From: Bacteroidales bacterium
GTDB taxonomy: Bacteria > Bacteroidota > Bacteroidia > Bacteroidales > WCHB1-69
NCBI GenBank assembly: GCA_045600905.1
Contig: JAZRYT010000160.1
Location: forward strand, 1-55,884
Direction: 5' to 3'
DNA: 55,884 bases
The translations under genes and the position numbers were made by a program. Under the pieces are notes generated by a model. It worked only from the letters and a program-made list of their open reading frames with translations, did no database searches and was not told where the DNA came from. Positions 25,842-35,896 of the stretch are shown piece after piece. Numbering within the stretch: position 1 is the first letter of the stretch; each line of letters begins with the position of its first letter.

Positions 25842-27242
25842 TTATGCTTCAAATAAAGATTCAATAGAAAGTTCGTTCTGGATCATATTAGATGAATGTT
25901 CGTTGTGTTTTAGCCCATTAGAGGTAATCATTGTCACAAGTATAGAAAGGTTGGGCAGTTTCTCGTGAAGTGATGCTATGCGGTTTTGAAGTTTAGAACA
26001 TTCTGATTTGGTGAGTTGGTAAGGTAAAGTGCTGAACTTTATCTCACAGAGATTGGCGAAGCGGTCGGCACGTTCTATGACCATACCTATCTGTGCGCCA
26101 TCGGCGGAGAAGGCATACATCTTTGTTCCGATGCCGGAAATACCTAAGGCCCTTTTGACTTCCAAGGCGTGGGCGAAGCATAACCTCTCGAACGACAGCC
26201 CGAGCCATGTATTATGATGTGGTTCACCGTGAAGATGCATCCAGGTGTCCTCATCATATTTCTTGCCACTATTAAGGAACTGATAATAGAATAATGTATA
26301 GAAGTCCGTGAGCTGGTAGATGGTTTTGGTAAAGCCCAACGATTCGTATTTACGGATAAATCCGCACTGTTGCAGTTCCTCTAATTTGCGTGTCAGACCA
26401 CCTCCATTAGTGATTCTTGTGGCTGCAACGATTTCGTCGCGTGTCAATCCACGCTTCTTTTGTGCTAACGTACGTACAATCTTTATGTAGTCTTCGCTAT
26501 GTGTGAAAAGGGAATCGTACAAGTTATTGAATTCGTCTTCCAACAAAGCAGATTCGTTGAAGAACAGGCGGTCAATGTTTTGTGCGAGACTCATGGACTT
26601 GTCAAGATGCTGCAGGTAGAACGGGATCCCCCCCATAATCATATAACATTCCGCAATGGTCTGTTTGCTCCATCGGATGCCCTTTGACCTTAGGAAATCT
26701 GCCGTCTCGGACAGTGTGAATGGCTGTAGATGCAGCTTGCAGGTTATTCGATTGTGGAGACCGCCTTTGTTGCGTATAATGTTCTTTACCATCCACGATG
26801 CAGCGGAGCCGCACACAATCAACATTATGTCTGAGCGTGATGTACACCACTTATTCCAAAACAGATCCAAAGCCTGCACGAATTTTGACTTTTGGGTGTC
26901 CATCCATGGCAGTTCATCCAAAAATATCACTTTCCTTTTTTTTCTGGACTTCGCGATAATAGTCTTAAGTCTTTCGAATGCCTCAAACCAATCTTGGGGC
27001 ACTTTTTCTATTCCATTATAGCCATATTCCACTAAAGCATCTTGAAAGCATTTCAATTGGGTGATTCGATCTCCACGACAGACGCCTGACGCATAGAAAG
27101 TGAACTGCTGCTTGTAGAATTCCTTCACCAAGAACGTCTTTCCCACACGCCTACGACCATAGATGGCTATAAACTCCGAATTATCTGATTCCGTAAGTCT
27201 CAGAAGTTCTCTACACTCTTTAATTCGTCCTATGATTGCCAT
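25842..27242 (-). CDS. AAA family ATPase (ATPase_2 / archaeal-ATPase type) with C-terminal PD-(D/E)XK-like domain
   Basis: IYGRRRVGKT Walker A, IFLDELPW Walker B, LIVCGSAASW, MGGIPFYL and C-terminal LCEIKF. Confidence 0.88.
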   Translation of the reverse strand: MAIIGRIKECRELLRLTESDNSEFIAIYGRRRVGKTFLVKEFYKQQFTFYASGVCRGDRITQLKCFQDALVEYGYNGIEKVPQDWFEAFERLKTIIAKSRKKRKVIFLDELPWMDTQKSKFVQALDLFWNKWCTSRSDIMLIVCGSAASWMVKNIIRNKGGLHNRITCKLHLQPFTLSETADFLRSKGIRWSKQTIAECYMIMGGIPFYLQHLDKSMSLAQNIDRLFFNESALLEDEFNNLYDSLFTHSEDYIKIVRTLAQKKRGLTRDEIVAATRITNGGGLTRKLEELQQCGFIRKYESLGFTKTIYQLTDFYTLFYYQFLNSGKKYDEDTWMHLHGEPHHNTWLGLSFERLCFAHALEVKRALGISGIGTKMYAFSADGAQIGMVIERADRFANLCEIKFSTLPYQLTKSECSKLQNRIASLHEKLPNLSILVTMITSNGLKHNEHSSNMIQNELSIESLFEA

Positions 27243-27264
27243 ATCGTGCTGTTATTTTTGGCTG

Positions 27265-27272
27265 CAAAAATA
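27265..27272 (-). promoter_or_regulatory. -7 promoter box for the AAA ATPase
   Basis: TATTTTTG-CAGC on the minus strand. Confidence 0.65.
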
Positions 27273-27390
27273 CAAAAAGATTCTGTTTCAGCCAAAAATA
27301 ATGAGATTTTCTTTGCTTTTTTGCTATAAACTTTTGTTGAAATTGAATGAATCTGCATGGTGCCGTTTTCTGCAAAAAGAGAATTTGCAG

Positions 27391-27633
27391 GTGGCGGAAC
27401 TGGATTCAAAAAGGGCTGTTTCCTTAGCTTAGGATTACAGCCCTCAAGATTAATCCAATATGTAGGATACCCTTGCCGCCATCCATCACGCTATGGGGAT
27501 GGAACAGGTGGCGCGTAAAGAATACCAAAAGTTTTTGGATGCTTATCACCGTTTGGATGAAGAGAATCCCGGTGCCTATGTCATTCAGATTCGGGAGACA
27601 GAAGAGAAATTGAAGGAATTTCACTCTGTGTAG
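27391..27633 (+). pseudogene. Decayed C-terminal TPR-like gene fragment
   Basis: One frame reads VAELDSKRAVSLA*DYSPQD*SNM*DTLAAIHHAMGMEQVARKEYQKFLDAY...EFHSV*: TPR-like pattern with three in-frame stops. Confidence 0.5.
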
Positions 27634-27641
27634 ATGTCACA

Positions 27642-29048
27642 TTACTCTTCTGGGGCGAATAACGGGTCCCAAGCGGGAAGCATAATGGGCTTCTGGTCAA
27701 AGAGTTTGAGGGTGGCGGCGGGAATGTATTTGGATTCGACCACGAGGCGGAACATATATTCGTTGAACCATTCGTTGGTCATAATGAGGAATCCGTTGTG
27801 ACCGTATTTGCTGCCCCAACTGTTTTCAACCATCCATTTGAGAGGCTTTCCGTCTTTGTCAAGGTCAACGGCGCAGAGCGTCATAGCGTGTGTGGAACCG
27901 CTGGCGAAAGTGGCAATACGCTGTTTCTTGTCCATATTGAATGTGGTGCCGAAAAGGGAGCCGTAGTCGAAGTTGTTGATGTCCATATAGCCGGTTTCGC
28001 GGTCGAGGAACTTGCCCACGTCGCAGGAAAAATACATATTGGTGCTGTCCTTGATGGAGGCAATGGCCATATCGGCGATTTCGTTCATCGGCAGATTGAG
28101 GAAGCGCCAGTTCTGACCGTCATAGACGTGTCTGTCGTATTCGATTTCATATACCTTGTAGTATTCGCGGGTCGGGTCATTCATCACCATATAGTAGGTG
28201 CTGAAATCCTCATTGGCGAATTTCTCGGCGAAGGACTTCGGCGTGTATTTGTCGGTGCTGACGATTTCCCCTTTGGCATTGCGCTGTGTCCAGGTGAATT
28301 CGGCAGGCGGTTCGCCTAATGTATAGACAAGCATTCTGTAAACGGTTTGCAGCATTTCCATCTTCTTGTCTTGCAACTGCTTGTCGGTGACGCCTTTGTT
28401 GTTGGCCATTGTGCGCAATTCCAATCCGTATTCGCGGAGTTTCAATTTGATGAGGGAAGCCATTTGGGAGGTGTGGTTACTGCTGTAGGTCTCTGGCATA
28501 GCGTCCTTTGGCATGATGCCGTATTTGTCAATCAGGTTGGCGACACCTGTGAATTGGCCGCCATCGCTGAGGGGATTTTGGAATAACCATTTGACGGTTT
28601 CATCTTCCATTGATTTGGCACGTGTGTCTAAGATGGACTGTAGGAAAAGGTTGGATTTCTCCAATTGGTCCCAGAAGAATGTGTAGCATTGGGAGAATTG
28701 GAAATCAGAAGGAAGGTCGTATTTCTTGATGGCTTTGGCGCGGAGCACGTTCATACCGGTAAACATCCAGCAGCGTCCGGAAGATTCTTGATCGGTGATG
28801 GCCTTGGATGGTACCTGGTTGGAGAAATGCGCGTCAAAGGCGGTGTTGTTCTCGTAGTTCTTCGCCAGTTTGTTGATGTCGTTGGAAACAACGGCATTGC
28901 GGAGCGCCTTGTCTGCGCCCGTGGCTTTGTAGGAGTTCTGTAACGTCTTGACTTGGTCTGCATTGAGACCGCCACCTTTTGTGAGATTCTGTGCGTTCGC
29001 AAAAGCTACGAAGCTGAATGCAAGTGTGATGAGAAAAAGTTTTTTCAT
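27642..29048 (-). CDS. pepC: Aminopeptidase C / bleomycin hydrolase family cysteine peptidase (C1B), secreted
   Basis: QESSGRCWMF, SDGGQF, THAMTL and VENSWG motifs. Likely start MKKLF with signal peptide ...ANA/QN. Confidence 0.93.
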   Translation of the reverse strand: MKKLFLITLAFSFVAFANAQNLTKGGGLNADQVKTLQNSYKATGADKALRNAVVSNDINKLAKNYENNTAFDAHFSNQVPSKAITDQESSGRCWMFTGMNVLRAKAIKKYDLPSDFQFSQCYTFFWDQLEKSNLFLQSILDTRAKSMEDETVKWLFQNPLSDGGQFTGVANLIDKYGIMPKDAMPETYSSNHTSQMASLIKLKLREYGLELRTMANNKGVTDKQLQDKKMEMLQTVYRMLVYTLGEPPAEFTWTQRNAKGEIVSTDKYTPKSFAEKFANEDFSTYYMVMNDPTREYYKVYEIEYDRHVYDGQNWRFLNLPMNEIADMAIASIKDSTNMYFSCDVGKFLDRETGYMDINNFDYGSLFGTTFNMDKKQRIATFASGSTHAMTLCAVDLDKDGKPLKWMVENSWGSKYGHNGFLIMTNEWFNEYMFRLVVESKYIPAATLKLFDQKPIMLPAWDPLFAPEE

Positions 29049-29107
29049 ATTTAAATATTGTTTAAAATATAATATGTTAGCTAGAGTTTTATGAAAAAAA
29101 ACGGCTG

Positions 29108-29135
29108 CAAAGATAATATTTATTTTGTATTTTTG
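29108..29135. promoter_or_regulatory. Back-to-back divergent -7 boxes for pepC and glnS
   Basis: TATCTTTG (minus, 29108-29115) and TATTTTTG (plus, 29128-29135). Confidence 0.7.
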
Positions 29136-29162
29136 CCGCCCTAATTTTTTAAAGTAAATACT

Positions 29163-30794
29163 ATGAATTTTATTGAGCAAATAATCGAAGAAGACATCCA
29201 ACAAGGTAAAAATGATGCGAAAGTCCACACCAGATTTCCGCCGGAGCCTAACGGATATCTGCATATCGGTCATGCCAAATCCATCTGCTTGAATTTTGGT
29301 ATGGCTAAAAAGTATGGCGGTCTTACGAATCTTCGTTTTGACGATACCAACCCGGTGAAGGAAGATACAGAATACGTGGATTCTATTCGCGAAGATATCA
29401 AATGGTTAGGGTTCGAGTGGGCTGAAGAACATTATGCTTCTGATTATTTTGACCAACTCTATATGTGGGCCGAACAACTGATACAGGAAGGTTTGGCCTA
29501 CGTGGATGACCAGACGCAGGAGGAAATCAGCAAGGGTAGGGGCGTGCCTACCGCTCCGGGAGTGGAAAGTCCGTATCGCAACCGTACGGTGGAAGAGAAC
29601 TTAGACCTGTTCCGCCGGATGCGTGATGGCGAATTCCCGGATGGCAGCAGAGTGCTTCGCGCCAAAATCGACATGGCCTCTCCGAATATGCACTTCCGCG
29701 ACCCGATCATGTACCGTATCCTCCATTCCCATCATCACCGTACAGGTGACAAATGGTGCATCTATCCGATGTACGATTTCGCTCACGGTCAAAGCGACTC
29801 CATCGAAGGCATCACTCATTCAATCTGCACGTTGGAATTCGAAGTCCATCGCCCGTTGTACGACTGGTTCTGCGAGGCTCTCCGCATCCATCATCCCCAA
29901 CAGATTGAGTTCGCCCGTTTGAATATGACCTATACGATTATGAGCAAACGTAAATTGCTCCAACTCGTGAAGGAAAACTATGTCAACGGTTGGGACGACC
30001 CTCGAATGCCGACTATCTGCGGTCTGCGCCGCCGTGGCTACACGCCCGCCTCCATTCGCAATTTTGCGGAAACCGTCGGTGTCGCCAAACGTGACAATAT
30101 CATCGACGTCTCCCTGCTCGAATTCTGCGCACGCGAAGACCTCAACAAGACAGCTATCCGTACAATGGCCGTCCTCGACCCTGTAAAACTCATCATCGAC
30201 AACTATCCTGAAGATATGGTGGAGGAAATGGACGCTGTGAACAATCCCGAAGATCCGAAAGCTGGCACGCGCAAAGTGCCGTTCTCCAAAGAACTCTGGA
30301 TTGAACGCGCCGACTTCCGCGAGAATGCCGACAAGAAGTTCTACCGTCTCTCCATCGACCGTGAAGTCCGCTTGAAATACGCCTATATTATTAAATGTAC
30401 GCATATCGTCAAAGATGACGAGGGCAATATTACCGAAATCCACTGTACGTATGATCCCAATACGAGAAGTGGTATGCCCGACAGCAACCGCAAAGTAAAG
30501 GCTACCATCCATTGGGCTTCCGTCCAACACGCTCAGAAAGCTGAAGTCCGTTTGTTTGACAGACTGTTCAGTGTCCCTGATCCCGACAATTGCGAAGAAG
30601 GCCAAACATTCCTCGACCATCTCAATCCTAATTCTCTGGTTGTCCAAGACGGCTGGATTGAACCTTCTCTGACGTTGGAAAAGGCAATGCAGATCAAGAA
30701 TTTCCAATTTGAACGTTTGGGCTATTTCTATGCTGATCCCGATTCCCAAGAGGGCAAATTGGTGTTCAACAAAACCGTGAGCCTGAAACAATAA
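29163..30794 (+). CDS. glnS: Glutamine--tRNA ligase
   Basis: [26 protein letters not shown] and FQFERLGYF motifs. Confidence 0.97.
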   Translation: MNFIEQIIEEDIQQGKNDAKVHTRFPPEPNGYLHIGHAKSICLNFGMAKKYGGLTNLRFDDTNPVKEDTEYVDSIREDIKWLGFEWAEEHYASDYFDQLYMWAEQLIQEGLAYVDDQTQEEISKGRGVPTAPGVESPYRNRTVEENLDLFRRMRDGEFPDGSRVLRAKIDMASPNMHFRDPIMYRILHSHHHRTGDKWCIYPMYDFAHGQSDSIEGITHSICTLEFEVHRPLYDWFCEALRIHHPQQIEFARLNMTYTIMSKRKLLQLVKENYVNGWDDPRMPTICGLRRRGYTPASIRNFAETVGVAKRDNIIDVSLLEFCAREDLNKTAIRTMAVLDPVKLIIDNYPEDMVEEMDAVNNPEDPKAGTRKVPFSKELWIERADFRENADKKFYRLSIDREVRLKYAYIIKCTHIVKDDEGNITEIHCTYDPNTRSGMPDSNRKVKATIHWASVQHAQKAEVRLFDRLFSVPDPDNCEEGQTFLDHLNPNSLVVQDGWIEPSLTLEKAMQIKNFQFERLGYFYADPDSQEGKLVFNKTVSLKQ

Positions 30795-30799
30795 TTACT

Positions 30800-31219
30800 A
30801 TGCATTGTCTGACGGATTATGATCCTAAGATTCTGATTGCCTTCAACCAGAGTCTTCAGGGAGATAAGAAATTCAGTGATTTTTTAATGCAGAATGGCTT
30901 TCCCGAGCTTGAAGCGCTCGCGGAGGCCATTCATTCCAATGTGGCCGCCGTACAGTGGCTTTTGGATAACGGTTACCCTGAATTCGCCGTGCTCAGCAAT
31001 GCCATAGATGATGAAGCGGAGGCCATCCAGTGGCTGATTCGCTATAAATGCGACTTCCTGTCTATGTTTGCGGCCGCCTGCCGGAAAGATCCGCGCGCGA
31101 TGAAGTGGTTCGCAGATAGAGACCTCAAGCTGTTCGTCATTATGATCAGCAATATCCAGAACATTCTGATGTTCCAATCTTGGGATTCCTCTGATATTCA
31201 TAAGTTTCGTAGAAGTTAA
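30800..31219 (+). CDS. Hypothetical protein with three ~25-aa helical repeats
   Basis: GFPELEALAEAI...AVQWL / GYPEFAVLSNAI...AIQWL / ...FAAAC...AMKWF; tight operon spacing. Confidence 0.75.
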   Translation: MHCLTDYDPKILIAFNQSLQGDKKFSDFLMQNGFPELEALAEAIHSNVAAVQWLLDNGYPEFAVLSNAIDDEAEAIQWLIRYKCDFLSMFAAACRKDPRAMKWFADRDLKLFVIMISNIQNILMFQSWDSSDIHKFRRS

Positions 31220-31221
31220 GA

Positions 31222-31881
31222 ATGACTATTGGCTACGGAAAGATATTGCTTTGGGTCGCGATAGGTTTCATTTTGCCTCGAATTCCCGTTGTCGGGAAGT
31301 TCTTCAATATTATAAATACCGCCTTGCACGAGTTCGGCCACGCGCTAATGGCGCTGCTGACCAATGGAACCGTTGAAAAAATCCAATTGTTCAAAGACAC
31401 ATCCGGAACTACCGTGACGCGCTCCGGCAACAAATTTGCCTCCGTACTTGTTTCATTGGCTGGTTATCCTTTTGCCGCATCTGTGGCCTGGCTGTCCTTT
31501 TATTTGATAATGCAAGGTGTCGTCTTGGAATTCATAGTGGCTTTATCTGTGTTGTTTTTGATTATGCTCCTTTTCTGGATTCGGAATTGGTACGGGGGCT
31601 TGTGGGTGATTCTTTTTTGTACGGCCAATACTTTGTTGCTTGTTTATGGAAAGGAAACGCAGATTTCAGATGTGGCTCTGTTTTATGCCGTTATGATTTT
31701 GACCGAGTCCGTGATCTCTTCTTTTGTGTTGTTGGTCATAACGTTGCGGGACTCCAATCGGGCCGGAGATGCGACCAATTTGGCCCGTGTGACGCACGTC
31801 CCCGCGTTGTTGTGGAGCCTGATGTTTTTAGCCTACTCGCTGTGGATAACCTATAGGGTGGTGTTGATGCTATTTTATTGA
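31222..31881 (+). CDS. M50 family (M50B) membrane metallopeptidase
   Basis: LHEFGH, SLAGYP and GDATNLA motifs; multi-TM. Confidence 0.88.
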   Translation: MTIGYGKILLWVAIGFILPRIPVVGKFFNIINTALHEFGHALMALLTNGTVEKIQLFKDTSGTTVTRSGNKFASVLVSLAGYPFAASVAWLSFYLIMQGVVLEFIVALSVLFLIMLLFWIRNWYGGLWVILFCTANTLLLVYGKETQISDVALFYAVMILTESVISSFVLLVITLRDSNRAGDATNLARVTHVPALLWSLMFLAYSLWITYRVVLMLFY

Positions 31882-31898
31882 TTAATTGATAAATAAAT

Positions 31899-32681
31899 AT
31901 GGAAAATAATAAATCTTACGCATTAGTGACCGGTGCCAGCTCCGGAATCGGCTATCAGTATGCCAGACAGCTGGCGGAAAAGGGATATAACCTGATAATC
32001 GTCAGCAATGAGGCCGAAGTCATTGTTGAAAAGGCTGAAAAATTAAAAAACGATTATCCTGTGGAAGTGGTTCCCCTTATGCGAGATTTGGGCAAACAGG
32101 ATGCAGCCAAGGATTTGTATGACTATTGTAAAGGTCAGAATCTGGAAGTCGAAGTGCTCATCAATAATGCGGGCGTATATCACGACCGCGATTTTTTGGC
32201 GGACACTGCTGCCTTTAACGAATTGATTCTGAATTTGCACGTGCATACTCCGGCTATGCTGATGTATTACTTCTGCCAGGATATGGTATCCCGGAACAAA
32301 GGTTACGTGTTGAATATGAGCTCGATCACATCCGAGATCGCTGTGCAGCGTTTGGCCACATACAGCGCTACCAAATCATTCCTGAAGAATTTTTCTCGTT
32401 CTACGCATGTGGAACTTTATCATAAAGGCGTATATGTGACGGCCGTTCGTCCCGGTGCTGTGGATACAGGATTGTACAACATCAGCCGTACGGCCACCAA
32501 GATAGGAATGATTGTCGGCTATATTGTCACACCTGAGAAATTGGCCCGTCAGGGATTACGTGCGATGTTTCACAAAAGAGCAAGGGTGACTCCCGGATTT
32601 TTGAATCACGTACTGCTGTTCCTCGTGGCGTTGCTGCCCACTTGTTTGCTTCGTCTGATTCGCAAATGGAATATATTCTAA
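31899..32681 (+). CDS. Short-chain dehydrogenase/reductase
   Basis: TGASSGIG, LINNAG and YSATK motifs. Confidence 0.92.
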   Translation: MENNKSYALVTGASSGIGYQYARQLAEKGYNLIIVSNEAEVIVEKAEKLKNDYPVEVVPLMRDLGKQDAAKDLYDYCKGQNLEVEVLINNAGVYHDRDFLADTAAFNELILNLHVHTPAMLMYYFCQDMVSRNKGYVLNMSSITSEIAVQRLATYSATKSFLKNFSRSTHVELYHKGVYVTAVRPGAVDTGLYNISRTATKIGMIVGYIVTPEKLARQGLRAMFHKRARVTPGFLNHVLLFLVALLPTCLLRLIRKWNIF

Positions 32682-32772
32682 AACACTGACTGAATTTGAA
32701 ATTCAATTTTTATCCAACGGGCGTGCTCCGTAAAGGGATTTTACTGATATTTGCGCCCCAAATTATAATGCT

Positions 32773-33594
32773 ATGTCACAATATTTATCAAGTAATGTTA
32801 ACAAAATAACAACCAACACGTTACAGCGTATGCGCAATGAAGGAGAGCGTATCGCGATGTTGACGGCTTACGATTATTCTATTGCCACTTTGTTGGATAT
32901 GGCCAAAATCGATGTGATATTGGTTGGCGATTCCGCGGCGAATGTGATGGATGGCTATAAGACGACCCTGCCCATCACATTGGACGAGATGATATACCAC
33001 GCATCGTCCGTAGTACGTGCTGTGAAACGTGCCCTTGTAGTGGTGGATTTGCCGTTTGGAACCTATCAGGGAAATTCCAAAATGGCGCTCAACTCCGCCA
33101 TCCGTATTATGAAAGAATCAGGAGCCGATGCCATCAAGATGGAAGGCGGAGCCGAAATCATAGAGTCTGTTGACAGAATCTTGAGTGCCGGCATTCCCGT
33201 GATGGGACATCTCGGCCTAACGCCACAGTCCATCAACAAGTTCGGGACGTATGCGGTTCGTGCTACCACGGAAGAAGAAGCTACCATCCTGCTCGAAAAT
33301 GCCAAGCTGCTGGAAGAACACGGATGTTTCGGTCTTGTTCTGGAAAAAATCCCCGCCGTTTTGGCTAAGAAAGTGACGGAGTCCATCCATATTCCCACAA
33401 TCGGTATCGGTGCCGGTGGATCTACCAGCGGTCAGGTCCTCGTATTCCACGATATGATGGGTATCACCCAGCAGTTCTCTCCCAGATTCTTGCGCCGTTA
33501 CTTGAACTTGAGCGAGGAAATCGTCGGAGCTATCGAACATTACATTGATGATGTGAAAAACTGCGATTTCCCCAATGAATCAGAACAATACTAG
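32773..33594 (+). CDS. panB: 3-methyl-2-oxobutanoate hydroxymethyltransferase
   Basis: [28 protein letters not shown] and GQVLV motifs. Confidence 0.97.
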   Translation: MSQYLSSNVNKITTNTLQRMRNEGERIAMLTAYDYSIATLLDMAKIDVILVGDSAANVMDGYKTTLPITLDEMIYHASSVVRAVKRALVVVDLPFGTYQGNSKMALNSAIRIMKESGADAIKMEGGAEIIESVDRILSAGIPVMGHLGLTPQSINKFGTYAVRATTEEEATILLENAKLLEEHGCFGLVLEKIPAVLAKKVTESIHIPTIGIGAGGSTSGQVLVFHDMMGITQQFSPRFLRRYLNLSEEIVGAIEHYIDDVKNCDFPNESEQY

Positions 33595-34285
33595 TGATTC
33601 TCTTGCGCTGCGGGAACGCATTCTTTACGAAGACAACCACCTGCTTATTCTGAATAAGAAGGCTGGAGAAATTGTGCAAGGCGACAATACCGGTGACAAA
33701 CCTCTGCTGGAATGTGCGCGCGACTATCTGCGTGTGGCCGGCAACAAGCCCGGCAATGTGTTCTGTGGCTTGGTGAACAGAATTGACAGGCCTGTGAGCG
33801 GGGCAGTGGTGTATGCCAAAACGTCCAAAGGTTTGTCCCGAATGAATGATTTGGTGAAAAACCGCCATGTCGATAAGTATTATTGGGCCATTGTGGAAGG
33901 ACGACCGAAAATCCAAGAGGGGCGATTGGTTCATTATCTCCAGAAAAACGAAAAGAATAATAAGACATACGTATCTGAAAAAGAGAAAACAGGCTATCAG
34001 AAGGCTGAGCTCGAATATGAAGTCCTAGTTTCATCAGAACGATATAGCGTTCTTGAAATCAAATTGTTGACAGGCAGACATCATCAGATACGAGCGCAAC
34101 TGTCAGCTATTGGCTGTCCGATAAAAGGGGATTTGAAATACGGTGCCCGCCGTTCCAACGAAGACGGCTCAATCTGTCTGCATGCTCGGCGAGTGTGTTT
34201 TGAACATCCTGTTTCCCACTTGATGGTGGATGTCCAAGCCGAACCGTTCAACCCATTGTTCCGAAAAATATTGGAAGAAAGCTGA
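33575..34285 (+). CDS. RluA family pseudouridine synthase
   Basis: [16 protein letters not shown] and [13 protein letters not shown]...GDLKYG motifs. Confidence 0.92.
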   Translation: MNQNNTSDSLALRERILYEDNHLLILNKKAGEIVQGDNTGDKPLLECARDYLRVAGNKPGNVFCGLVNRIDRPVSGAVVYAKTSKGLSRMNDLVKNRHVDKYYWAIVEGRPKIQEGRLVHYLQKNEKNNKTYVSEKEKTGYQKAELEYEVLVSSERYSVLEIKLLTGRHHQIRAQLSAIGCPIKGDLKYGARRSNEDGSICLHARRVCFEHPVSHLMVDVQAEPFNPLFRKILEES

Positions 34286-34392
34286 TTTAATTCCTATCTA
34301 CATAGAAATGAGGTACTTGTTGCTTGTCTCTTTTGACAAGCCATGAGTTGAGAAAATTTTTTAAAAAAAACGTCGGTTTTAGAATTATTGTG

Positions 34393-34400
34393 TATTTTTG
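34393..34400 (+). promoter_or_regulatory. -7 promoter box
   Basis: TATTTTTG-CGGC 23 bp upstream of the CDS at 34424. Confidence 0.65.
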
Positions 34401-34423
34401 CGGCGTTTTAAAAAAAGATAGTT

Positions 34424-35143
34424 ATGAAAAAGATATTTGCTCTGTTTGTTGCATTTGCAGCGTTATCATTATCAGCACAATCAATAAAAGTGAATTACGG
34501 AGGCAGTTATCTGAATGCAAACGATACTGTTACTATTACATTTACCTCTGATGATCTTGGCGAGACATTAATTCCGATGTTCGGATATAAAAATGAAAGC
34601 AATTCCGACATCGAGGTTGTTGTTTATAAGGATGAAATCTCCCTCAATCCTGATCATGAAATCCTCTTCTGTATCGGTCAGTGCTATAGTGCCCCACAAT
34701 CTGCTCCGTTCACTGTGGGGGCGGGTGTAGAGGTCGCCGCACGTGATGAAAATGGTTTTCACATCAACTTCATCCCCGATGCTTTAGGAACTTCATTGGT
34801 GAAATTCAGATTCCAAAATAATGATGATGCAGCAGACGTGTTCCCATTCTACGTGCAATTCACTTCCGCAACAGGAGTACAACAATATGCTGCTGAAAAG
34901 GAACTTTCTGCTTATCCGAATCCAGCCACGAGTGGTGTCACTATCGAATATGATGCCAATATGGCTGTAAATGCCAATGTGGTGATAAAGAATATCGCGG
35001 GTTCTGTGGTTTACAAGCACAACGCTTCCACAACAGGCAAAACTTTTGTTAACACGTCAGATCTGAAGTCGGGCATCTATTTCTATGGCTTGCAGGATGC
35101 AAACGGTAGAATGCTCTGCACAAAGAAACTTCTGGTCAAGTAG
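34424..35143 (+). CDS. Secreted protein with T9SS type A C-terminal sorting domain
   Basis: Signal peptide ...LSA/QS and C-terminal AYPNPA...G.YFY...KKLLVK. Confidence 0.85.
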   Translation: MKKIFALFVAFAALSLSAQSIKVNYGGSYLNANDTVTITFTSDDLGETLIPMFGYKNESNSDIEVVVYKDEISLNPDHEILFCIGQCYSAPQSAPFTVGAGVEVAARDENGFHINFIPDALGTSLVKFRFQNNDDAADVFPFYVQFTSATGVQQYAAEKELSAYPNPATSGVTIEYDANMAVNANVVIKNIAGSVVYKHNASTTGKTFVNTSDLKSGIYFYGLQDANGRMLCTKKLLVK

Positions 35144-35848
35144 TTGGCTGCTTTGTTGGAAATTTTCACGAAACATTTACTGCCGGCAGGGATATTCTCT
35201 GCCGAGCCTGTTTTTAGGCAAAGTCCTTGGCCTACCATATTGATTTGTGCCTCATTGTTCCTTCTGACCTTGATAATTGTCCCCTTTAGAAGGAAACTGT
35301 CTCTGATTTTGAGGTCCCTGTTTTCTCAAAGACATTTTTCGTTGATGTTGCGTGAAAGTAAAATCCTGGAAGAACGGGTGTTCATTTTCACTTTGCTGTT
35401 CGATTTGATGGTTTTCGCTTTGGGAATACTACTCCTTGCACAGAAATACTTTGAGCCCGTTGTGGCAAAGTTGTCAGAAATTGGTGTTTTCGGCATACTT
35501 TTCGAACTGCTATTGTTCGTCTATTACCTTAAATTTTTCATCAACTACCTATATTCCGTCTTGTTTGACCACCCGAAAGAAAGATATTACATCAATTTGT
35601 ACAAATTCATCTTTCTTACGTTGTCGGCTATGACGTTGTTCCCAATCCTGATTGTCGTTTCGTTTACAGGATTTTTCCCGCTGCTATATGCCTATATACC
35701 AATTTTTGTGGTTTATATGATAGTGCTGATATACAAGCTGTTGAAAATAAATCCTAGACGCATTAATCTGTTTCAATTTTTTCTCTATTTTTGCACGCTT
35801 GAAATTTTACCGTACGTGTTGTTGGTAAAATCGGCATCAATGTTTTAA
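35144..35848 (+). CDS. DUF4271 family membrane protein
   Basis: Multi-TM, C-terminal FFLYFCTLEILP; usual neighbour of hemD. Confidence 0.8.
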   Translation: MAALLEIFTKHLLPAGIFSAEPVFRQSPWPTILICASLFLLTLIIVPFRRKLSLILRSLFSQRHFSLMLRESKILEERVFIFTLLFDLMVFALGILLLAQKYFEPVVAKLSEIGVFGILFELLLFVYYLKFFINYLYSVLFDHPKERYYINLYKFIFLTLSAMTLFPILIVVSFTGFFPLLYAYIPIFVVYMIVLIYKLLKINPRRINLFQFFLYFCTLEILPYVLLVKSASMF

Positions 35849-35896
35849 TAACAAGTAACTTAAAAGAGCAAAATCGCCCTTTTTGAACAGATAGAA

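Noticed and set aside
1347-27465. Stop-codon recoding (TAG read-through) suggested by in-frame TAGs in two remnants
   Set aside because: Intact genes here use TAG as a normal stop (e.g. pepE, pheT, panB), and the TPR remnant also has an in-frame TAA.
29049-29273. Extended N-terminus of pepC overlapping glnS
   Set aside because: It spans the divergent promoters. The signal peptide begins at MKKLF (29048).
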